Shown piece by piece: positions 19,756-28,422 of a DNA stretch of 64,000 nt. The stretch spans positions 1 through 64,000 of IMG/VR virus record IMGVR_UViG_3300035034_001213; one strand, written 5' to 3'. Origin of the DNA: a virus. A model generated the notes under the pieces. That model had not been told where the DNA came from. It did not search any database and was given only the letters and a program-made list of their open reading frames with translations. The translations under genes were made by a program, and so were the position numbers. Within the stretch, counting starts at the first letter, position 1. Each line of letters begins with the position of its first letter.

Positions 19756-20391
19756 ATGGGTATCGGAGCGATTTTAGGAAAACTCAATCCTGTCAAAACC
19801 AAAAGTAAACTGATGGTTGCAGCGGGGATCGTGGTTCTTGTTTTCACCGTCTGGGCATGGACGAAATGGGATGCCTGGAAGATTCTCAACCTGGAAAAAG
19901 AAAACCAGGCACTTGAGATTGAAAATCAGTCTTCCAAAAAAGCGGCTGACGACGCAGAGTCTGTTCGAGCCATTGATGAAACCGCCGTTGTTGGAACTCT
20001 TAAACGTCGAGAAGACGCGGAAGATAACAGCAACGAGATTCAAGAGCAGGTGAGAAATGATGTACGCCAATTACAACAAGAGTTGGAGAAAGGTCGTCAA
20101 GCTCTCGATAAGACTCGCGACGAACTGGCTTCTTTGGAAAAGCAACGGGATGAGTACAAGCGATCAAAACCAGACGTGGCGAAAGAAACGCCCATCGAAA
20201 GGTCTGAGTCACAAACTCCCCGGGTGGTGGTCAAGACGGTCGAAAGGTCTGTCCCGGCTGTTGACTCTCGGATTGCTCAGCGGATTGTTGACGGCATGTG
20301 GGACAACTACTGTGGTCAAGTATCGAACGATCGCGGTTGTCCCTCCCCTGCCGTTACTGAGGGAGGTGACTCCAGCACCGCCGCCCCCTAA
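19756..20391 (+). CDS. Putative i-spanin (Rz-like)
   Basis: N-terminal TM helix, long coiled coil, C-terminal Cys pair; overlapped by a lipoprotein ORF. Confidence 0.7.
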   Translation: MGIGAILGKLNPVKTKSKLMVAAGIVVLVFTVWAWTKWDAWKILNLEKENQALEIENQSSKKAADDAESVRAIDETAVVGTLKRREDAEDNSNEIQEQVRNDVRQLQQELEKGRQALDKTRDELASLEKQRDEYKRSKPDVAKETPIERSESQTPRVVVKTVERSVPAVDSRIAQRIVDGMWDNYCGQVSNDRGCPSPAVTEGGDSSTAAP

Positions 20392-20590
20392 GGACGCGTT
20401 CGTTTCAGCCAGTGACACAGACCGCTTGTTGATGCTGTCAGAGGCGTGGAATAAGCAGACAGATAAGGTGTTGGTTGGTAATGAAGGGATTCGTGGGTTG
20501 GTAAGGTGGCGAGAGGCCATCCTTGAATATTACGAGGACGACCCCGACGTGGAAGTCGTAGAGAGGAAGAACTTTCGACAAGGACGCTAA
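20150..20590 (+). CDS. Putative o-spanin (Rz1-like lipoprotein)
   Basis: +1 frame overlap of the i-spanin 3' end, lipobox LLTA-C, Pro-rich segment (PPLPLL, PAPPPP); start estimated. Confidence 0.7.
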   Translation: MSTSDQNQTWRKKRPSKGLSHKLPGWWSRRSKGLSRLLTLGLLSGLLTACGTTTVVKYRTIAVVPPLPLLREVTPAPPPPKDAFVSASDTDRLLMLSEAWNKQTDKVLVGNEGIRGLVRWREAILEYYEDDPDVEVVERKNFRQGR

Positions 20591-20612
20591 GGGTAGGCTT
20601 CGGCCTACCTTT
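20591..20612 (+). terminator. Terminator hairpin
   Basis: GGTAGGC-TTCG-GCCTACC-TTTATG. Confidence 0.75.
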
Positions 20613-20641
20613 ATGCTGTTTGATGGAGAAGATTTGAAGAA

Positions 20642-20656
20642 TATATCATGAAGGTG
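20642..20656 (+). promoter_or_regulatory. Putative phage promoter TATATCAY-N5-TG (copy 3)
   Basis: TTTGAAGAA-TATATCAT-GAAGG-TG at the head of the accessory region. Confidence 0.65.
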
Positions 20657-20732
20657 AATGGATTGGTCTTATAATCTATAACGGCGTCTATGAATGCTAT
20701 GAGCGAGCCACTGCGTCTTTAAGGAGAATACG

Positions 20733-21083
20733 GTGAAGGTAGATAGAATAATTAAGAAGCTTCGTAAAGCTGCCGACAAAATTCCAGACATGCACCGGTG
20801 CTTAGTTCGAATGAACACGTACAGCGCCGAGTGGACTGTGTCTGCAAAGAACAAAGTTGCGTTTCGTTTCATTCGGGATCAATTGGAATGTCAGGCGGCA
20901 AAAGACGTCAACCATTGTTATGGTATTGGTGGTAGTATGTCGATTCTCCAAACAGACACGCAACTCATCTTTGTGTTGAGAAATGAAAACCGGAAAGAGT
21001 ATCGGCGGGTAGTGTTGACCTGCGATCAAAAATCTGAAGAAGAAGTACTTGACGACTCTACCAACAACCTCGCCCCGTCTTAA
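20733..21083 (+). CDS. Hypothetical protein
   Basis: AAGGAG RBS, GTG start. Confidence 0.6.
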   Translation: MKVDRIIKKLRKAADKIPDMHRCLVRMNTYSAEWTVSAKNKVAFRFIRDQLECQAAKDVNHCYGIGGSMSILQTDTQLIFVLRNENRKEYRRVVLTCDQKSEEEVLDDSTNNLAPS

Positions 21084-21133
21084 CGTGACAGGGTTGTTTT
21101 ATCTTTTACTCACGGAACCGGAGACCGTAGTAC

Positions 21134-21835
21134 ATGTGCCCTCCCTATCACGAAGAATTTACATTGGCCCCAACCCAAAAACCTGAGGTTCGTTCGAAAC
21201 ACTACCTCAACCGCATTGTCGATGGAGAACCCCTTCCTGTTAGTCGTGCTCTGTTCTTACCGTCTATGATGGAGATGGTCCGAAACTTATGTCACGATGG
21301 ATTGCAGCGAGATCATCTCGTCCGCGATCTGAAGCTTCTGACCAATGCGGATCAGAAAGAACTCGATGCCTCAGTAGACTTTCTTTGCAAGCTTTATCGT
21401 CGAATGCCGTTCTCGATGCTTGAGCAGATCAGCGAAGGCGAGTTCTTGCGGATCTTAACAGAGATGAACTCCGGATTCTCTCCTGAAGAAGCCGCCGTGG
21501 GACTTTGGGGGATCGAAATACATCTCACAGATCTGGAGACGCCTTACGAACAACTGGCTTGGGGGTTGGAGTGGCTTCAGAAGAGCGACTACCTACCAGA
21601 CGTTCCTAAGGACACTGTTCTCACGACCGATCTAGGAGGTGACTGTCTACTCATTCGCGAAATCGAGAAGTTAGCTGACCGATTCTTAATCACGAGTTCT
21701 GGAGGGCATCATACTGGGTTAATTGCCTGGTTAGCTGATCACCCAGGCGTCGACCACGTCGTTCTTGAGTCCGACAGCTTTGGTCCACTGCGGTGCGGAC
21801 TGAAGACATCCAAAGGTACCCTGCGTTATGGGTAA
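21134..21835 (+). CDS. Hypothetical protein
   Basis: 233-aa ORF, GGAG RBS. Confidence 0.6.
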   Translation: MCPPYHEEFTLAPTQKPEVRSKHYLNRIVDGEPLPVSRALFLPSMMEMVRNLCHDGLQRDHLVRDLKLLTNADQKELDASVDFLCKLYRRMPFSMLEQISEGEFLRILTEMNSGFSPEEAAVGLWGIEIHLTDLETPYEQLAWGLEWLQKSDYLPDVPKDTVLTTDLGGDCLLIREIEKLADRFLITSSGGHHTGLIAWLADHPGVDHVVLESDSFGPLRCGLKTSKGTLRYG

Positions 21836-22199
21836 GGTAGGTTCAGACCGTAATCGGGTGAATATAAAAGGCGATGGCCTCGTACACGTTATAAGTCTTC
21901 CACAAGGCAATGAGGACGTCATGAACTGGGTTAAAGACATAGACCCTACCAATGCCAGGGTTTACAAAGTAGACGCTACAATCGACGGTGAGACGTTCTC
22001 AGACGCCTTTGCCGTTGGCAACATGATTGTACCGAAGTTCCCACCGTGGGACAGTCACGGTTCGTTTCATCCAGTCCTTCGATTGACGCTCAGTGCATTT
22101 TACCCCAAATTCATTGCTTACGTAATTGATTACTACGTTCAAACTAAGAAAGTCAAAGAATACCAAGTCGACCTACACGATCTAACGGTACTGAATTAA
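21828..22199 (+). CDS. Hypothetical protein
   Basis: Overlaps the previous stop; followed by a hairpin. Confidence 0.55.
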   Translation: MGKVGSDRNRVNIKGDGLVHVISLPQGNEDVMNWVKDIDPTNARVYKVDATIDGETFSDAFAVGNMIVPKFPPWDSHGSFHPVLRLTLSAFYPKFIAYVIDYYVQTKKVKEYQVDLHDLTVLN

Positions 22200-22202
22200 C
22201 CA

Positions 22203-22226
22203 GGGCGACCTTCGGGTCGCCTTTTA
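22203..22226 (+). terminator. Terminator hairpin
   Basis: GGCGACC-TTCG-GGTCGCC-TTTTATG. Confidence 0.8.
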
Positions 22227-22330
22227 TGCCGTCTGTAATATGTTATTTTTGATCCACTGGACTGATTTAATGGTAGACACCACGTCCAGTTACACTCGTG
22301 TTTTACCCGAATTATAACAGGAGCTCAACG

Positions 22331-22627
22331 ATGTCTAGGTTCAACTTCACGCAGTTTGGCACAGAATCTGAAATCGATGCCAAAGACGTTGGTCAACCTA
22401 AGTTTCGAGTCAACAAACCCGGTGATGACTCAGAGCAGATTTACGTGCTGTTAGGTTCCTTGCATATGCCGCTTGAAGACGAAAATGCAATTAAGGCGGT
22501 AGAATCGTACGTAAACTCAGGCTTCACTCGTGACCTGTTGAATAAAGCGCTAGGCATTTACTGCAGGCGCACCATTGACAACGACGTTACTTTCGAGTAT
22601 GTCCCACGACTCAGTGTGGCGTGCTAA
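22331..22627 (+). CDS. Hypothetical protein
   Basis: AGGAG RBS before ATG 22331. Confidence 0.55.
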   Translation: MSRFNFTQFGTESEIDAKDVGQPKFRVNKPGDDSEQIYVLLGSLHMPLEDENAIKAVESYVNSGFTRDLLNKALGIYCRRTIDNDVTFEYVPRLSVAC

Positions 22628-23048
22628 CCCTTCACCGGCTTTAAAGGACAACGAGCTGATGATTCATGAAACTTTGATACACCAACTCAGTGTAAAAGCT
22701 TTATGTAAAAAACTTGAGTTAAGTCCAAGGGATCTCGACGTTTTACTTTTGTTGCAAACCAGCCGCAGTTTGAGTACTCCGAGTATTCATCAATTGCTGA
22801 GTATCCGTAAAAGTGAAATGAACCGACGCCTCGGTCCGAAGTTGATTGAACTTGGGTGGTTGAAATCAGAGCAGGTCAATCATTCTCGAAAATCAGGCTT
22901 ACCAACGAATCGCTGGTGGGTACCCGAGGACAAACAAATGCTTATTAGCAATGCGTTGAATGAGATTCGACGAGACGTCCTTACTGAACTAGGGGCAGTC
23001 TACAACGAAGATTTATATTGGTTACCTCATTCCGAAGAAACCGTTTAA
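22575..23048 (+). CDS. Winged-helix DNA-binding protein (MarR/TrmB-like); true start probably downstream
   Basis: LELSPRDLDVLLLL...IHQLLSIRKSEMNRRLGPKLIELGWL pattern. Confidence 0.55.
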   Translation: MTTTLLSSMSHDSVWRANPSPALKDNELMIHETLIHQLSVKALCKKLELSPRDLDVLLLLQTSRSLSTPSIHQLLSIRKSEMNRRLGPKLIELGWLKSEQVNHSRKSGLPTNRWWVPEDKQMLISNALNEIRRDVLTELGAVYNEDLYWLPHSEETV

Positions 23049-23061
23049 CGAAGGATACACA

Positions 23062-23421
23062 ATGGCTACTCCAATAACCAAAGTTGCCCGTCTGATCGAG
23101 CAACTGAGTAAAGGGTTGCGAATAACACCACGTCAAACTGAAATGTTGCTGACGATATACGAGATGAAGTCCATCACGCTAGACGATTTGGCTGCCTTAT
23201 ACAACCTTAAGTCCTCGACCACGTCGACCCATGTCTTAAAGTTGATTCAGAAAGGATACGTCGAACAAGACGACCACTCTGGCTTTGACGTGTTTGTCGT
23301 TGAGAAGAATCATCGACACGAGTTGAACCGCTTAATCAACTTGTACATGAGGCGTTTGAAGTTCACAACCATGCGACTGATGCAGGAACACACTCACCGA
23401 ACAGGACGACCGGATGCTTAA
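23062..23421 (+). CDS. MarR-like winged-helix protein
   Basis: ITPRQTEMLLTIY...ITLDDLAALYNLKSSTTSTHVLKLIQKGYV. Confidence 0.65.
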   Translation: MATPITKVARLIEQLSKGLRITPRQTEMLLTIYEMKSITLDDLAALYNLKSSTTSTHVLKLIQKGYVEQDDHSGFDVFVVEKNHRHELNRLINLYMRRLKFTTMRLMQEHTHRTGRPDA

Positions 23422-23788
23422 GAGTCGGAGCAGTCTTCCACAGCGCAAGTTCGATCTGATGTGGAATTTCCAAAGAAAGAATCGACGTCACGTTTACTTG
23501 ATAGCGGGCGACATGTCGCCATCTCAGGTGCTGATGTATTTTAAGAACACGTTTGGTCTAGCGGCCGTGGTGGTTCACGTAACCCAGGAAACCACCACCC
23601 GGCGAATTGAAGAGGTCATCGATACCTACAGATGTTGCGTCTTCTACATAAGTGAGTTTCTTCCTGTGAGTATGCGAGAACTTAGACATCACCTTACCTC
23701 TGAGTCGTATTCTCCATCGCTTCTGAACGTGATAAATAAAGTGTATAGAGGGAACGATCCCAATCGTCAATGTTGGTTAGCGACATAG
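23414..23788 (+). CDS. Hypothetical protein
   Basis: Coupled ORF. Confidence 0.5.
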   Translation: MLKSRSSLPQRKFDLMWNFQRKNRRHVYLIAGDMSPSQVLMYFKNTFGLAAVVVHVTQETTTRRIEEVIDTYRCCVFYISEFLPVSMRELRHHLTSESYSPSLLNVINKVYRGNDPNRQCWLAT

Positions 23789-23807
23789 GGGACATTTAAA
23801 CGGGACA

Positions 23808-24200
23808 TTGAACGAAGGCGATGCGTTCAATGTAGTAAGGATTCTTACAGACATGACTAACTGTGGTATTATAAAAATACACGACGGCACCGCCGGACTT
23901 CCATTATTTGTAGTCACCGTCGAGGTCTCTTGTGGCACTGCTTATTCGTCAATATCGGATATGTTCAGAGACCCCCCGACCTTAGTCGACCTCACTCATT
24001 TACCAAACCCACTAGAGATCGTCGAGTCCGAATCAAATTCGCAGGACATAGTCTTATGTCTTTTAGCGGTTGATGTATACCTAAGCGATCGAGAAGACTT
24101 TAGTAATTGGACGATAAAACATAACTACCCCCCCAAGCTTCTAAGCCACATAGGCGACATCTACGTCGTCGTGGATATGAAACGGTGGGCTCAAAATTAA
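23808..24200 (+). CDS. Hypothetical protein
   Basis: 130-aa ORF in the operon; start uncertain. Confidence 0.45.
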   Translation: MNEGDAFNVVRILTDMTNCGIIKIHDGTAGLPLFVVTVEVSCGTAYSSISDMFRDPPTLVDLTHLPNPLEIVESESNSQDIVLCLLAVDVYLSDREDFSNWTIKHNYPPKLLSHIGDIYVVVDMKRWAQN

Positions 24201-24216
24201 TTAATGAGGAATAACC

Positions 24217-24510
24217 ATGGAAGACGAAAACGTAGTAAAAGCAGTTCCAGTCAGCGACCGTCCTCGCATCAAAGTTGAGATCACTGGAGATCAGAGTAAG
24301 ATCGGTAAGACTTGCGTGGGTGCGTTGATTGTTCAAGCGCTGCGGAACGCAGGTTTCGACGACATACGCGTTGACTGTGAAGACGGGGACCTTAAGACTC
24401 GGTTCTTGGAAGGAGTTGACATCACCCGGCTCGTTCCTATGCCTGGAATCGACGTCGTTGATCGAAACGGCTCGCCCACATCGGAAGACGCTGCCATATG
24501 GCGCGCGTGA
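24217..24510 (+). CDS. Small protein with P-loop-like motif
   Basis: GAGGA RBS; IKVEITGDQSKIGKT...LIVQALRNAG. Confidence 0.55.
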   Translation: MEDENVVKAVPVSDRPRIKVEITGDQSKIGKTCVGALIVQALRNAGFDDIRVDCEDGDLKTRFLEGVDITRLVPMPGIDVVDRNGSPTSEDAAIWRA

Positions 24511-24686
24511 TCCAAAATCTGTGTCCTTACTGCCAACACGAACTTCCCAAGCCTCATCGCATGTACGGTCAGATTTCGTTCAGTTGCAGTAACTGTCGTC
24601 GGTGGGGTCCTTGGAAATCAAGACTCCGACGCCGAGTCACCTCAAACCTACATCCGGTAACACACACAGACGTGAGTGTTCGTTGA
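24498..24686 (+). CDS. Small zinc-ribbon protein
   Basis: CPYC...CSNC. Confidence 0.45.
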   Translation: MARVIQNLCPYCQHELPKPHRMYGQISFSCSNCRRWGPWKSRLRRRVTSNLHPVTHTDVSVR

Positions 24687-24692
24687 AGAGAA

Positions 24693-25091
24693 TTGTGTAT
24701 GTCCAACATCAAGCTTCGACCTATGTTTACCGACACGTCCCCCAGCGTCGGTAAGTCCTTTCAGGTTCTTGTGGGAGTAGTTCCTTTCTTGCCCTTAGTG
24801 CGTTTGTACAACGAGCAAACCGGAAACATCACCTCGTTCGTTGGTATTGATCCTGAGGACAAATACGATCGCAATGCAATGGACTGGTACCGAACGTTGC
24901 CAGACAATGCTGTGTTGTATATCGAAGATAAGATCGAGAGCTACCCGGCGTTGGTTGATTATCTATCAAAGTTTCCTTATGGTCCTGAATTGATTCGATC
25001 GATTCGGCAGGTACATTACGCTTACATACCACCAGTGAAACCAAAACCTATACCCATGCCGAATCAGTCAATTAATTTACTGAGGGTATAG
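24693..25091 (+). CDS. Hypothetical protein
   Basis: 132-aa ORF in the operon. Confidence 0.5.
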   Translation: MCMSNIKLRPMFTDTSPSVGKSFQVLVGVVPFLPLVRLYNEQTGNITSFVGIDPEDKYDRNAMDWYRTLPDNAVLYIEDKIESYPALVDYLSKFPYGPELIRSIRQVHYAYIPPVKPKPIPMPNQSINLLRV

Positions 25092-25125
25092 ATTATCTCA
25101 TCGATTCATCCAAACGGAGGACGCT

Positions 25126-25422
25126 ATGCCGAGTACTTCACAGAAACAACACGACCTGATGGTGGCTGTCAGTAAAGATAAGGACCTGGCTGACAAACTC
25201 AAAGTCCAACAAAAGGTAGCAAAGGAGTTTGTTCAAAAAGACGAAGAGGAAGGCCTATGGCAAGAAGCCCCAGAACTTGATGTAGAAAGTCTCGAAGCAG
25301 TTTCCTTTGAAGACAAAAGCATCCTAGAGTTAATTCCCGAAGATGCATGGAACCCCGAGGTTAGTGAACCTCCATTCCGTTTAGAAGACCGCTTCGTTAA
25401 AGCGGACAACGACCCGACATAG
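25126..25422 (+). CDS. Small phage protein (MPSxS...VAKEF type), possible head protein
   Basis: GGAGG RBS; the N-terminus resembles a widespread small phage family; SLE/SFE protease-like sites. Confidence 0.55.
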   Translation: MPSTSQKQHDLMVAVSKDKDLADKLKVQQKVAKEFVQKDEEEGLWQEAPELDVESLEAVSFEDKSILELIPEDAWNPEVSEPPFRLEDRFVKADNDPT

Positions 25423-25520
25423 ACGTTCCGTTGTTGTCGTATACCCCCTGACGATACCCGATGTACGCCGACAAGAACCCTGCGTTTAGGTGATCGTTAC
25501 GATTGAGGAGACATGGGAGT

Positions 25521-25991
25521 ATGGACAAAACCGTACACACCGTGTTCGATTTTCGAACAGAACTCATGCGCGCCCCAGGCAGCTGTCAAATTCTAATGCG
25601 TACGACCGATAAGGGATTGCAAGTCATGCATATGAAAGAAGTTAACCGCGGCGGGCGACAGTTCATAATTCTTGAACCAATCGGGGTACCGGATGACTTA
25701 GTGTCATTGGCAACCCTAGCTACAGGGAATCGATTCCGCTTTCAAGAAATGCTCGACGAGGATTTCGAAGTTGTGAAAGTGGACGTAGAACCAGACCACG
25801 AGCTCATTATGGAAATTAGAAGCGTTAAGGACGGATGGCATGGGCGAGTTGGTCTAATGACTGGTGGCGTCGATTGGGATGTGGGTAAGTACTACGACAC
25901 TCGGGTATTACCGATGCGTCGAGGGGAAGATCGAGGTGAGAAGTTTTTCCTCGTCAACGGTCCCATTCCTGAAAGACGTGCAGGGCGATAA
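25521..25991 (+). CDS. Hypothetical protein
   Basis: GAGGAG/GGGAG RBS; hairpin at 26007-26039 follows. Confidence 0.55.
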   Translation: MDKTVHTVFDFRTELMRAPGSCQILMRTTDKGLQVMHMKEVNRGGRQFIILEPIGVPDDLVSLATLATGNRFRFQEMLDEDFEVVKVDVEPDHELIMEIRSVKDGWHGRVGLMTGGVDWDVGKYYDTRVLPMRRGEDRGEKFFLVNGPIPERRAGR

Positions 25992-26074
25992 TACCATTGA
26001 GCAAGTGGGGAGGGTATAGTTCACCTCCCCTAATTTTTTACAATAAAACAACCTCTAACATGGAAGATAAACGT

Positions 26075-26530
26075 ATGTCTGAGAACCGCACCAACTTGAC
26101 GTCAAACACCTCCTACTCAACGGCGCCCCCTCGTTCTTCCGTCAGTCGACCGATCTTGTCGTGTGATTTTGACGGGGTACTGCACAGCTACGTCAGTGGA
26201 TGGCAGGGTGCTGACGTTGTCGGTGACCCGCCCGTTGATGGTGCTATGCGCTTCTTGACCGACGCTACTGAGAAGTTTGAGGTTCACATCTTCTCGTCGC
26301 GTTCAGGAAAACCCGGTGGGATCTCAGCGATGTATGGGTTTCTGGCGAAAGGACTTAGACGCTACTGGGCCGACATGCCAGAGGTGGGGGAAAAGGTTCT
26401 ATCTCGGTTGAAGTTCCCTATGGAAAAACCACACGCCGCCGTGAGCATTGACGATCGAGCGGTGACCTTCACAGGAATATTTCCAGACGTGGACGAGTTG
26501 TTAAGTTTCCAGCCCTGGAACAAAAAATAG
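26075..26530 (+). CDS. HAD-superfamily phosphatase (polynucleotide kinase phosphatase-like)
   Basis: DFDGVL motif I, FSSR motif II, EKP motif III, IDDRA motif IV. Confidence 0.8.
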   Translation: MSENRTNLTSNTSYSTAPPRSSVSRPILSCDFDGVLHSYVSGWQGADVVGDPPVDGAMRFLTDATEKFEVHIFSSRSGKPGGISAMYGFLAKGLRRYWADMPEVGEKVLSRLKFPMEKPHAAVSIDDRAVTFTGIFPDVDELLSFQPWNKK

Positions 26531-26542
26531 CGATGCGTTCTT

Positions 26543-26917
26543 ATGTCCGAATTAATGATAGTTGCCGCTGTGCTGCTGGTGCTGACGTTCACGATATTGC
26601 TTCGTCAGTACGTTATTGCCCAGAAGTCGATTCAAGTCCGTCTGAGTGATCAGATAGAAGCGTACAAGAACACGTTGTCCTTAGCGTCATTGAACGAGAC
26701 TCACGCTGAGCTAGAGTTTTGTCGAATCATTCTAGAAGACGCTCAGAGACGTTCCTCGCTTGAGTTGAGTGACGAAGAACACAAACAACTACTGAGATCG
26801 ATTTACCTGTGTCTAAAAACAATAGAGACAGCGTGGTCCCAAGAAGGGGTTTCGTTTTCTTTACCTTACACACATCGTCCTTTGGCTACCAAGTCTCAAG
26901 CGACGTCTTCTTCTTAG
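26543..26917 (+). CDS. Membrane-anchored hypothetical protein
   Basis: N-terminal TM helix. Confidence 0.55.
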   Translation: MSELMIVAAVLLVLTFTILLRQYVIAQKSIQVRLSDQIEAYKNTLSLASLNETHAELEFCRIILEDAQRRSSLELSDEEHKQLLRSIYLCLKTIETAWSQEGVSFSLPYTHRPLATKSQATSSS

Positions 26918-26948
26918 TAACTTTATTAAAATCAATAAAGGAGTTTTC

Positions 26949-27341
26949 ATGGACTCGCCCGTCCTTATCCACGATCTCACCCTAGACGCCATGGCCAAGC
27001 GCATGGATCATAGCAGACGTACCATACAGGTACTCATGTTGATTGCCCATTATGGTGAATTGACCACCGATCAAATCGCAGACATGCTTGACATCACAAT
27101 CAAGACGCTCAGGAACAGTCACCTTCCAAGACTGCAAAAAGATCATTGGATCAAGTCTACGAAACTGCTCAACGCGCCCCTGGGCGATGAGAAGTGGAAG
27201 ATGGAAGCGGTGAAACGAAAACGCGTTGGCTTCTACTACGCCAGCGCTGAGGTTCAAGTCAAGGCTCGATTGAAAAAGTTTAGACACCTACATTATCCCA
27301 TTGTACCTAAAGGTCCGGTCCCTTTGGGATCTATGGAATAG
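26949..27341 (+). CDS. Winged-helix DNA-binding protein
   Basis: IQVLMLIAHYGELTTDQIADMLDITIKTLRNSHLPRLQKDHWI; AAGGAG RBS. Confidence 0.65.
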   Translation: MDSPVLIHDLTLDAMAKRMDHSRRTIQVLMLIAHYGELTTDQIADMLDITIKTLRNSHLPRLQKDHWIKSTKLLNAPLGDEKWKMEAVKRKRVGFYYASAEVQVKARLKKFRHLHYPIVPKGPVPLGSME

Positions 27342-27352
27342 TTTTTGTATTT

Positions 27353-27378
27353 AGGTCCGCGACGATGCGGACCTTTAT
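27353..27378 (+). terminator. Terminator-like hairpin
   Basis: AGGTCCGC-GACGAT-GCGGACCT-TTATG. Confidence 0.6.
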
Positions 27379-27405
27379 GCCCATTTCTTAAATAAGGAAT
27401 TCAAC

Positions 27406-27825
27406 ATGACCGCCAGCAACAATCCCCATAGGAACTTCGTGGCGATACTCGATGGTCCTCAAGGCGATCGGGAAGTTCCTCGAATGAAGATCTTGAATAG
27501 CCTCAGGGAACTCGGGTACGCCAAAGCCTTGTCTCATCACTACACCCCACGAGGCGATCTGATCGCAGGGCCAGACGACCCTAAGGAGTTGATCGATATC
27601 CATGAGAAACAATACGTCAAAGCCGCGGCGCATAAATTAATCGATGGGTCTTGCGTGTTGTTCTTTGAGGCCGAACCCAATGCAGAAGGTCTTACTCCCG
27701 ACATCGGCATGAAAGTGTGGAAGGAAGCTGACTTCGCGTACGTGCACGTAGACGGACAGTGGCACTGTCAAAAAGACGCTGAGTTGCAACCGGCAGAACA
27801 AATAAAGGAAGGCGACAATGGATAA
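27406..27825 (+). CDS. Hypothetical protein
   Basis: AAGGA RBS. Confidence 0.6.
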   Translation: MTASNNPHRNFVAILDGPQGDREVPRMKILNSLRELGYAKALSHHYTPRGDLIAGPDDPKELIDIHEKQYVKAAAHKLIDGSCVLFFEAEPNAEGLTPDIGMKVWKEADFAYVHVDGQWHCQKDAELQPAEQIKEGDNG

Positions 27826-28222
27826 CGTAGACGTTAAGTTGGCGATGATCGGTCTGGGTAAAACCCTACTTCGACTGAATCCGGCGACCGAACGGGCGTT
27901 GATAACCCGACTGACCTCAGCCCCCGCACATTTGGTACTTAATCAGGTAGCCAATCCAAAGGCCACTTTGATCTACAACTCGGACGAACGTGTGTGTAGG
28001 ACTTACTGCTTTGAACTCACCATCGGCGGTATGACTATCGGTCTCTCCTTGATGACCAATTACGACAACGCCAAAGACCCCACCAAACGGTTCGTTGAAT
28101 TCGTGCCGGTGTACGTACTGAGAGGCACCCGAGTCGACTGGTGGGCGTTTCAAAACGACGAACTGGTCATGGGTCTTCTGATCAATCAAATCAATACCCT
28201 AACCCTAACACTTGATCAATAA
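27818..28222 (+). CDS. Hypothetical protein
   Basis: Coupled ORF. Confidence 0.55.
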   Translation: MDNVDVKLAMIGLGKTLLRLNPATERALITRLTSAPAHLVLNQVANPKATLIYNSDERVCRTYCFELTIGGMTIGLSLMTNYDNAKDPTKRFVEFVPVYVLRGTRVDWWAFQNDELVMGLLINQINTLTLTLDQ

Positions 28223-28232
28223 GGAAGTACGC

Positions 28233-28346
28233 ATGGCCGATCACGTACAGTGCGAAAAATGTTACGAAGTCAAAGAAGTCAAAGAAGTTAGAGACAACGG
28301 CAACGATTGTCCTGACTGTGGTGGTAAATCGTTCAGACCAACCTGA
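28233..28346 (+). CDS. 37-aa zinc-ribbon microprotein
   Basis: Not in the ORF track: MADHVQCEKCYEVKEVKEVRDNGNDCPDCGGKSFRPT; AAGGA RBS. Confidence 0.6.
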   Translation: MADHVQCEKCYEVKEVKEVRDNGNDCPDCGGKSFRPT

Positions 28347-28422
28347 GGTCTTTAATTTTGATCAACACGACGTCCTAAGTAATACGGTGACGTTTCTACA
28401 AGAAGATAGGGTGGATTGACGT

